This document shows positions 1-10,900 of a DNA stretch of 12,299 nt, in pieces. Made by a program: the position numbers and the translations under genes. How positions within the stretch are numbered: the stretch's first letter is position 1; each line of letters starts with the position of its first letter. The stretch comes from Azolla caroliniana (Eukaryota > Plantae > Polypodiophyta), in NCBI GenBank assembly GCA_043228905.1, contig JBHGNT010001078.1, positions 1 through 12,299 on the forward strand. Reading direction: 5' to 3'. The notes under the pieces were generated by a model that had not been told where the DNA came from, ran no database searches, and was given only the letters and a program-made list of their open reading frames with translations.

Positions 1-1198
1 GAGTAAATGAAAATGTTCATACCTGGCTCGTGTGATATCGAATTTTTGAGTTTAAACATGCGAATCGAAGCTAACAACGCTAGCTATAATATGGAATTAA
101 AAAATCAAGATTTTGAAACTCAGATCGAGAGACATGACGAAATTACCAAATTTCAGGAGTGAGTTGAGAAGAGCTAGGAGGTAAATTAAAATGTTCATAC
201 CTGGCTCGTGTGATATCGAATTTTTGTGTTCAAACATGCGAATCGAAGCTAACAACGCTAGCTATAATATGGAATTAAAAAATCAAGATTTTGAAACTCA
301 GGTCGAGAGACATGACGAAATTACCAAATTTGAGGAGTGACTTGAGAGGAGCCCTTGAGTAATTGAAAATGTTCATACCTGGCTCGTGTGATATCGCATT
401 TTTGTGTTCAAACATGCGAATCGAAGCTAACAACGCTAGCTATGATATGGAATTAAAAAATCAAGATTTTGAAACGCAGGTCGAGAAACATGAAGAAATT
501 ACCAAATTTGAGGAGTGACTTGAGAAGAGCTAGGAGGTAAATTAAAATGGTCATACCTGGCTCGTGTGATATCGAATTTTTGTGTTCAAACATGCGAATC
601 GAAGCTAACAACGCTAGCTATAATATGAAATTAAAAAATCAAGATTTTGAAACTCAGGTCGAGAGACATGACGAAATTACCAAATTTGAGGAGTGACTTG
701 AGAGGAGCCCTTGAGTAATTGAAAATGTTCATACCTGGCTCGTGTAATATCGGATTTTTGTATTCAAACATGCGAATCGAAGCTAACAACGCTAGTTATG
801 ATATGGAATCAAAAAATCAAGATTTTGAAACTCAGATCGAGAGACATGACGAAATTACCAAATTTGAGGAGTGAGTTGAGAGGAGCCCTTGAGTAAATGA
901 AAATGTTCATACCTGGCTCGTGTAATATCGGATTTTTGTGTTCAAACATGCGAATCGAAGCTAACAACGCTAGCTATGATATGGAATTAAAAAATCAAGA
1001 TTTTGAATCTCAGGTCGAGAGACATGACGAAATTACCAAATTTGAGGAGTGACTTGAGAGGAGCCCTTGAGTAATTGAAAATGTTCATACCTGGCTCGTG
1101 TAATATCGGATTTTTGTGTTCAAACATGCGAATCGAAGCTAACAACGCTAGTTATGATATGGAATCAAAAAATCAAGATTTTGAAACTCAGGTCGAGA
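1..1198 (+). repeat. Satellite block 1, forward orientation (~6.7 monomers)
   Basis: Forward monomers run until ...CTCAGGTCGAGA at 1198, where reverse-complement sequence begins. Confidence 0.95.
191..340 (+). CDS. Representative per-monomer 49-aa ORF (MFIPGSCDIEFLCSNMRIEANNASYNMELKNQDFETQVERHDEITKFEE); probably fortuitous
   Basis: Open ATG191..TGA340 with AGGAGG at 176-181, 9 nt upstream. The ORF repeats in nearly every monomer, but variants are mostly non-synonymous and I recognise no protein family. Confidence 0.08.
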   Translation: MFIPGSCDIEFLCSNMRIEANNASYNMELKNQDFETQVERHDEITKFEE

Positions 1199-1940
1199 AG
1201 CTCTTCTCAACTCACTCCTCAAATTTGGTAATTTCGTCATGTCTCTCAACCTGAGTTTCAGAATCTTGATTTTTTGATTCCATATCATAACTAGCGTTGT
1301 TAGCTTCGATTCGCATGTTTGAATACAAAAATCCGATATTACACGAGCCAGGTATGAACATTTTCAATTACTCAAGGGCTCCTCTCAACTCACTCCTCAA
1401 ATTTGGTAATTTCGTCATGTTTCTCGACCTGCGTTTCAAAATCTTGATTTTTTAATTCCATATCATAGCTAGCGTTGTTAGCTTCGATTCGCATGTTTGA
1501 ACGCAAATATTCGATATCACACGATCCAGGTATGAACATTTTAATTTACCTCCTAGCTCTTCTCAACTCACTCCTCAAATTTGGTAATTTCTTCATGTTT
1601 CTCGATCTAAGTTTCAAAATCTTGATTTTTTAATTCCATATTATAGCTAGCGTTGTTAGCTTCGATTCGCATGTTTGAACGCAAATATTCGATATCACAC
1701 GATCCAGGTATGAACATTTTAATTTACCTCCTAGCTCTTCTCAACTCACTCCTGAAATTTGGTAATTTCGTCATGTCTCTCGATCTGAGTTTCAAAATCT
1801 TGATTTTTTAATTCCATATTATAGCTAGCGTTGTGAGCTTCGATTCGCATGTTTGAACACAAAAATTCGATATCACACGAGCCAGGTATGAACATTTTCA
1901 TTTACTCAAGGGCTCCTCTCAACTCACTCCTCAAATTTGG
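876..1940. repeat. Left arm of ~1-kb inverted duplication (partner 10839-11856)
   Basis: Shares the strand-switch junction and rare variants with the partner in mirror image: G1261/C11491, CTA1607-1609/TAG11143-11145, G1835/C10918, T1008/AGATTC near 11741-11746. Confidence 0.88.
1199..1940 (-). repeat. Satellite block 2, inverted (~4.2 monomers)
   Basis: Reads AGCTCTTCTCAACTCACTCCTCAAATTTGG...CCAGGTATGAACAT, the reverse complement of the monomer; ends at TCAAATTTGG (1940). Confidence 0.95.
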
Positions 1941-1962
1941 AAATTTGAGGAGTGAGTTGAGA
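1917..1962. other. Perfect hairpin/cruciform-capable palindrome at the divergent inversion junction
   Basis: TCTCAACTCACTCCTCAAATTT-GG-AAATTTGAGGAGTGAGTTGAGA: 22-bp perfect arms with a 2-nt loop. Confidence 0.93.
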
Positions 1963-4900
1963 AGAGCTAGGAGGTAAATTAAAATGTTCATACCTGGCTC
2001 GTGTGATATCGAATTTTTGTGTTCAAGCATGCGAATCGAAGCTAACAATGCTAGCTATAATATAAAATTAAAAAATCAAGATTTTGAAACTCAGGTCGAG
2101 AGACATGACGAAATTACCAAATTTGAGGAGTGACTTGAGAGGAGCCCTTGAGTAATTGAAAATGTTCATACCTGGCTCGTGTAATATCGGATTTTTGTGT
2201 TCAAACATGCGAATCGAAGCTAACAACGCTAGTTATGATATGGAATCAAAAAATCAAGATTTTGAAACTCAGGTCGAGAGACATGACGAAATTACCAAAT
2301 TTGAGGAGTGAGTTGAGAGGAGCCCTTGAGTAAATGAAAATGTTCATACCTGGCTCGTGTGATATCGAATTTTTGTGTTCAAACATGCGAATCGAAGCTA
2401 ACAACGCTAGCTATAATATGAAATTAAAAAATCAAGATTTTGAAACTCAGGTCGAGAGACATGACGAAATTACCAAATTTGAGGAGTGACTTGAGAGGAG
2501 CCCTTGAGTAAATGAAAATGTTCATACCTGGCTCGTGTGATATCGAATTTTTGAGTTTAAACATGCGAATCGAAGCTAACAACGCTAGCTATAATATGGA
2601 ATTAAAAAATCAAGATTTTGAAACTCAGATCGAGAGACATGACGAAATTACCAAATTTCAGGAGTGAGTTGAGAGGAGCGCTTGAGTAAATGAAAATGTT
2701 CATACCTGGCTCGTGTGATATCGAATTTTTTAGTTTAAACATGCGAATCGAAGCTAACAACGCTAGCTATAATATGGAATTAAAAAATCAAGATTTTGAA
2801 ACTCAGATCGAGAGACATGACGAAATTACCAAATTTCAGGAGTGAGTTGAGAAGAGCTAGGAGGTAAATTAAAATGTTCATACCTGGCTCGTGTGATATC
2901 GAATTTTTGTGTTCAAACATGCGAATCGAAGCTAACAACGCTAGCTATAATATGGAATTAAAAAATCAAGATTTTGAAACTCAGGTCGAGAGACATGACG
3001 AAATTACCAAATTTGAGGAGTGACTTGAGAGGAGCCCTTGAGTAATTGAAAATGTTCATACCTGGCTCGTGTGATATCGCATTTTTGTGTTCAAACATGC
3101 GAATCGAAGCTAACAACGCTAGCTATGATATGGAATTAAAAAATCAAGATTTTGAAACTCAGATCGAGAGACATGACGAAAATACCAAATTTCAGGAGTG
3201 AGTTGAGAAGAGCTAGGAGGTAAATTAAAATGTTCATACCTGGCTCGTGTGATATCGAATTTTTGTGTTCAAACATGCGAATCGAAGCTAACAACGCTAG
3301 CTATAATATGGAATTAAAAAATCAAGATTTTGAAACTCAGGTCGAGAGACATGACGGAATTACCAAATTTGAGGAGTGAGTTGAGAAGAGCTAGGAGGTA
3401 AATTAAAATGTTCATACCTGGATCGTGTGATATCGAATATTTGCGTTCAAACATGCGAATCGAAGCTAACAACGCTAGCTATGATATGGAATTAAAAAAT
3501 CAAGATTTTGAAACTCAGGTTGAGAGACATGACGAAATTACTAAATTTGAGGAGTGACTTGAGAGGAGCCCTTGAGTAAATGAAAATGTTCATACCTGGC
3601 TCGTGTAATATCGAATTTTTGTGTTCAAACATGCGAATCGAAGCTAACAACGCTAGCTATAATATGGAATTAAAAAATCAAGATTTTGAAACTCAGGTCG
3701 AGAGACATGACGAAATTACCAAATTTGAGGAGTGACTTGAGAGGAGCCCTTGAGTAATTGAAAATGTTCATACCTGGCTCGTGTGATATCGCATTTTTGT
3801 GTTCAAAAATGCGAATCGAAGCTAACAACGCTAGCTATGATATGGAATTAAAAAATCAAGATTTTGAAACTCAGATCGAGAGACATGACGAAAATACCAA
3901 ATTTCAGGAGTGAGTTGAGAAGAGCTAGGAGGTAAATTAAAATGTTCATACCTGGCTCGTGTGATATCGAATTTTTGTGTTCAAACATGCGAATCGAAGC
4001 TAACAACGCTAGCTATAATATGGAATTAAAAAATCAAGATTTTGAAACTCAGGTCGAGAGACATGACGAAATTACCAAATTTGAGGAGTGAGTTGAGAAG
4101 AGCTAGGAGGTAAATTAAAATGTTCATACCTGGATCGTGTGATATCGAATATTTGCGTTCAAACATGCGAATCGAAGCTAACAACGCTAGCTATGATATG
4201 GAATTAAAAAATCAAGATTTTGAAACTCAGGTTGAGAGACATGACGAAATTACTAAATTTGAGGAGTGACTTGAGAGGAGCCCTTGAGTAAATGAAAATG
4301 TTCATACCTGGCTCGTGTAATATCGGATTTTTGTGTTCAAACATGCGAATCGAAGCTAACAACGCTAGCTATGATATGGAATTAAAAAATCAAGATTTTG
4401 AAACTCAGGTCGAGAGACATGACGAAATTACCAAATTTGAGGAGTGAGTTGAGAGGAGCGCTTGAGTAAATGAAAATGTTCATACCTGGCTCGTGTAATA
4501 TCGGATTTTTGTATTCAAACATGCGAATCGAAGCTAACAACGCTAGTTATGATATGGAATCACAAAATCAAGATTTTGAAACTCAGGTCGAGAGACATGA
4601 CGAAATTACCAAATTTGAGGAGTGAGTTGAGAGGAGCGCTTGAGTAAATGAAAATGTTCATACCTGGCTCGTGTGATATCGAATTTTTGAGTTTAAACAT
4701 GCGAATCGAAGCTAACAACGCTAGCTATAATATGGAATTAAAAAATCAAGATTTTGAAACTCAGATCGAGAGACATGACGAAATTACCAAATTTCAGGAG
4801 TGAGTTGAGAAGAGCTAGGAGGTAAATTAAAATGTTCATACCTGGCTCGTGTGATATCGAATTTTTGTGTTCAAACATGCGAATCGAAGCTAACAACGCT

Positions 4901-7900
4901 AGCTATAATATGGAATTAAAAAATCAAGATTTTGAAACTCAGGTCGAGAGACATGACGAAATTACCAAATTTGAGGAGTGACTTGAGAGGAGCCCTTGAG
5001 TAATTGAAAATGTTCATACCTGGCTCGTGTGATATCGCATTTTTGTGTTCAAACATGCGAATCGAAGCTAACAACGCTAGCTATGATATGGAATTAAAAA
5101 ATCAAGATTTTGAAACGCAGGTCGAGAAACATGAAGAAATTACCAAATTTGAGGAGTGACTTGAGAAGAGCTAGGAGGTAAATTAAAATGGTCATACCTG
5201 GCTCGTGTGATATCGAATTTTTGTGTTCAAACATGCGAATCGAAGCTAACAACGCTAGCTATAATATGAAATTAAAAAATCAAGATTTTGAAACTCAGGT
5301 CGAGAGACATGACGAAATTACCAAATTTGAGGAGTGACTTGAGAGGAGCCCTTGAGTAATTGAAAATGTTCATACCTGGCTCGTGTAATATCGGATTTTT
5401 GTATTCAAACATGCGAATCGAAGCTAACAACGCTAGTTATGATATGGAATCAAAAAATCAAGATTTTGAAACTCAGGTTGAGAGACATGACGAAATTACC
5501 AAATTTGAGGAGTGAGTTGAGAGGAGCCCTTGAGTAAATGAAAATGTTCATACCTGGCTCGTGTGATATCGAATTTTTGTGTTCAAACATGCGAATCGAA
5601 GCTAACAACGCTAGCTATAATATGGAATTAAAAAATCAAGATTTTGAAACTCAGGTCGAGAGACATGACGAAATTACCAAATTTGAGGAGTGAGTTGAGA
5701 AGAGCTAGGAGGTAAATTAAAATGTTCATACCTGGCTCGTGTGATATCGAATTTTTGTGTTCAAACATGCGAATCGAAGCTAACAACGCTAGCTATGATA
5801 TGGAATTAAAAAATCAAGATTTTGAAACTCAGATCGAGAGACATGACGAAATTACCAAATTTGAGGAGTGAGTTGAGAAGAGCTAGGAGGTAAATTAAAA
5901 TGTTCATACCTGGCTCGTGTGATATCGAATTTTTGTGTTCAAGCATGCGAATCGAAGCTAACAATGCTAGCTATAATATGAAATTAAAAAATCAAGATTT
6001 TGAAACTCAGGTCGAGAGACATGACGAAATTACCAAATTTGAGGAGTGACTTGAGAGGAGCCCTTGAGTAATTGAAAATGTTCATACCTGGCTCGTGTAA
6101 TATCGGATTTTTGTGTTCAAACATGCGAATCGAAGCTAACAACGCTAGTTATGATATGGAATCAAAAAATCAAGATTTTGAAACTCAGGTCGAGAGACAT
6201 GACGAAATTACCAAATTTGAGGAGTGAGTTGAGAGGAGCCCTTGAGTAAATGAAAATGTTCATACCTGGCTCGTGTGATATCGAATTTTTGTGTTCAAAC
6301 ATGCGAATCGAAGCTAACAACGCTAGCTATAATATGAAATTAAAAAATCAAGATTTTGAAACTCAGGTCGAGAGACATGACGAAATTACCAAATTTGAGG
6401 AGTGACTTGAGAGGAGCCCTTGAGTAATTGAAAATGTTCATACCTGGCTCGTGTAATATCGGATTTTTGTGTTCAAACATGCGAATCGAAGCTAACAACG
6501 CTAGTTATGATATGGAATCACAAAATCAAGATTTTGAAACTCAGGTCGAGAGACATGACGAAATTACCAAATTTGAGGAGTGAGTTGAGAGGAGCGCTTG
6601 AGTAAATGAAAATGTTCATACCTGGCTCGTGTGATATCGAATTTTTTAGTTTAAACATGCGAATCGAAGCTAACAACGCTAGCTATAATATGGAATTAAA
6701 AAATCAAGATTTTGAAACTCAGATCGAGAGACATGACGAAATTACCAAATTTCAGGAGTGAGTTGAGAAGAGCTAGGAGGTAAATTAAAATGTTCATACC
6801 TGGCTCGTGTGATATCGAATTTTTGTGTTCAAACATGCGAATCGAAGCTAACAACGCTAGCTATAATATGGAATTAAAAAATCAAGATTTTGAAACTCAG
6901 GTCGAGAGACATGACGAAATTACCAAATTTGAGGAGTGACTTGAGAGGAGCCCTTGAGTAATTGAAAATGTTCATACCTGGCTCGTGTGATATCGCATTT
7001 TTGTGTTCAAACATGCGAATCGAAGCTAACAACGCTAGCTATGATATGGAATTAAAAAATCAAGATTTTGAAACTCAGATCGAGAGACATGACGAAAATA
7101 CCAAATTTCAGGAGTGAGTTGAGAAGAGCTAGGAGGTAAATTAAAATGTTCATACCTGGCTCGTGTGATATCGAATTTTTGTGTTCAAACATGCGAATCG
7201 AAGCTAACAACGCTAGCTATAATATGGAATTAAAAAATCAAGATTTTGAAACTCAGGTCGAGAGACATGACGAAATTACCAAATTTGAGGAGTGAGTTGA
7301 GAAGAGCTAGGAGGTAAATTAAAATGTTCATACCTGGATCGTGTGATATCGAATATTTGCGTTCAAACATGCGAATCGAAGCTAACAACGCTAGCTATGA
7401 TATGGAATTAAAAAATCAAGATTTTGAAACTCAGGTTGAGAGACATGACGAAATTACTAAATTTGAGGAGTGACTTGAGAGGAGCCCTTGAGTAAATGAA
7501 AATGTTCATACCTGGCTCGTGTAATATCGGATTTTTGTGTTCAAACATGCGAATCGAAGCTAACAACGCTAGCTATGATATGGAATTAAAAAATCAAGAT
7601 TTTGAAACTCAGGTCGAGAGACATGACGAAATTACCAAATTTGAGGAGTGAGTTGAGAGGAGCGCTTGAGTAAATGAAAATGTTCATACCTGGCTCGTGT
7701 AATATCGGATTTTTGTATTCAAACATGCGAATCGAAGCTAACAACGCTAGTTATGATATGGAATCAAAAAATCAAGATTTTGAAACTCAGGTTGAGAGAC
7801 ATGACGAAATTACCAAATTTCAGGAGTGAGTTGAGAGGAGCCCTTGAGTAAATGAAAATGTTCATACCTGGCTCGTGTGATATCGAATTTTTGTGTTCAA

Positions 7901-10900
7901 ACATGCGAATCGAAGCTCACAACGCTAGCTATAATATGGAATTAAAAAATCAAGATTTTGAAACTCAGATCGAGAGACATGACGAAATTACCAAATTTCA
8001 GGAGTGAGTTGAGAAGAGCTAGGAGGTAAATTAAAATGTTCATACCTGGATCGTGTGATATCGAATATTTGCGTTCAAACATGCGAATCGAAGCTAACAA
8101 CGCTAGCTATGATATGGAATTAAAAAATCAAGATTTTGAAACGCAGGTCGAGAAACATGACGAAATTACCAAATTTGAGGAGTGAGTTGAGAGGAGCCCT
8201 TGAGTAATTGAAAATGTTCATACCTGGCTCGTGTAATATCGGATTTTTGTATTCAAACATGCGAATCGAAGCTAACAACGCTAGCTATAATATGGAATTA
8301 AAAAATCAAGATTTTGAAACTCAGGTCGAGAGACATGACGAAATTACCAAATCTGAGGAGTGAGTTGAGAGGAGCCCTTGAGTAAATGAAAATGTTCATA
8401 CCTGGCTCGTATCATATCGGATTTTTGTGTTCAAACATGCGAATCGAAGCTAACAACGCTAGCTATAATATGAAATTAAAAAATCAAGATTTTGAAACTC
8501 AGGTCGAGAGACATGACGAAATTACCAAATTTGAGGAGTGACTTGAGAGGAGCCCTTGACTAATTGAAAATGTTCATACCTGGCTCGTGTAATATCGGAT
8601 TTTTGTGTTCAAACATGCGAATCGAAGCTAACAACGCTAGTTATGATATGGAATCAAAAAATCAAGATTTTGAAACTCAGGTCGAGAGACATGACGAAAT
8701 TACCAAATTTGAGGAGTGAGTTGACAGGAGCGCTTGAGTAAATGAAAATGTTCATACCTGGCTCGTGTGATATCGAATTTTTGAGTTTAAACATGCGAAT
8801 CGAAGCTAACAACGCTAGCTATAATATGGAATTAAAAAATCAAGATTTTGAAACTCAGATCGAGAAACATGAAGAAATTACCAAATTTGAGGAGTGAGTT
8901 GAGAAGAGCTAGGAGGTAAATTAAAATGGTCATACCTGGCTCGTGTGATATCGGATTTTTGAGTTCAAACATGCGAATCGAAGCTAACAACGCTAGCTAT
9001 GATATGGAATTAAAAAATCAAGATTTTGAAACTCAGATCGAGAGACATGAAGAAATTACCAAATTTGAGGAGTGAGTTGAGAAGAGCTAGGAGGTAAATT
9101 AAAATGTTCATACCTGGATCGTGTGATATCGAATATTTGCGTTCAAACATGCGAATCGAAGCTAACAACGCTAACTATGATATGGAATTAAAAAATCAGG
9201 ATTTTGAAACTAAGGTTGAGAGACATGACGAAATTACTAAATTTGAGGAGTGACTTGAGAGGAGCCCTTGAGTAAATGAAAATGTTCATACCTGGCTCGT
9301 GTAATATCGGATTTTTGTGTTCAAACATGCGAATCGAAGCTAACAACGCTAGCTATGATATGGAATTAAAAAATCAAGATTTTGAAACTCAGATCGAGAG
9401 ACATGAAGAAATTACCAAATTTGAGGAGTGAGTTGAGAAGAGCTAGGAGGTAAATTAAAATGTTCATATCTGGATCGTGTGATATCGAATATTTGTGTTC
9501 AAACATGCGAATCGAAGCTAACAACGCTAGCTATGATATGGAATTAAAAAATCAAGATTTTGAAACTCAGGTCGAGAGACATGACGAAATTACCAAATTT
9601 GAGGAGTGAGTTGAGAGCAGCCCTTGAGTAAATTAAAATATTCATACCTGGCTCGTATCATATCGGATTTTTGTGTTCAAACATGGGAATCGAAGCTAAC
9701 AACGCTAGCTATGATATGGAATTAAAAAATCAAGATTTTGAAACTCAGATCGAGAGACATGATGAAATTACCAAATTTCAGGAGTGAGTTGAGAAGAGCT
9801 AGGAGGTAAATTAAAATGTTCATACCTGGCTCGTGTGATATCGGATTTTTGTGTGCAAACATGCGAATCGAAGCTAACAACGCTAGCTATAATATGAAAT
9901 TAAAAAATCAAGATTTTGAAACTCAGGTCGAGAGACATGACGAAATTACCAAATTTGAGGAGTGACTTGAGAGGAGCCCTTGACTAATTGAAAATGTTCA
10001 TACCTGGCTCGTGTAATATCGGATTTTTGTGTTCAAACATGCGAATCGAAGCTAACAACGCTAGTTATGATATGGAATCAAAAAATCAAGATTTTGAAAC
10101 TCAGGTCGAGAGACATGACGAAATTACCAAATTTGAGGAGTGAGTTGACAGGAGCGCTTGAGTAAATGAAAATGTTCATACCTGGCTCGTGTGATATCGA
10201 ATTTTTGAGTTTAAACATGCGAATCGAAGCTAACAACGCTAGCTATAATATGGAATTAAAAAATCAAGATTTTGAAACTCAGATCGAGAGACATGACGAA
10301 ATTACCAAATTTCAGGAGTGAGTTGAGAAGAGCTAGGAGGTAAATTAAAATGTTCATACCTGGCTCGTGTGATATCGAATTTTTGTGTTCAAACATGCGA
10401 ATCGAAGCTAACAACGCTAGCTATGATATGGAATTAAAAAATCAAGATTTTGAAACGCAGGTCGAGAAACATGAAGAAATTACCAAATTTGAGGAGTGAG
10501 TTGAGAAGAGCTAGGAGGTAAATTAAAATGGTCATACCTGGCTCGTGTGATATCGAATTTTTGTGTTCAAACATGCGAATCGAAGCTAACAACGCTAGCT
10601 ATAATATGAAATTAAAAAATCAAGATTTTGAAACTCAGGTCGAGAGACATGACGAAATTACCAAATTTGAGGAGTGACTTGAGAGGAGCCCTTGAGTAAT
10701 TGAAAATGTTCATACCTGGCTCGTGTAATATCGGATTTTTGTATTCAAACATGCGAATCGAAGCTAACAACGCTAGTTATGATATGGAATCAAAAAATCA
10801 AGATTTTGAAACTCAGGTTGAGAGACATGACGAAATTACCAAATTTGAGGAGTGAGTTGAGAGGAGCCCTTGAGTAAATGAAAATGTTCATACCTGGCTC

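Noticed and set aside
85-90. TATAAT -10 promoter box in many monomers
   Set aside because: It alternates freely with TATGAT, has no matching -35 box, and is expected by chance in AT-rich satellite.
1917-1962. Rho-independent terminator or pre-miRNA hairpin
   Set aside because: Fully explained by the inversion junction; there is no U-tract and no upstream gene.
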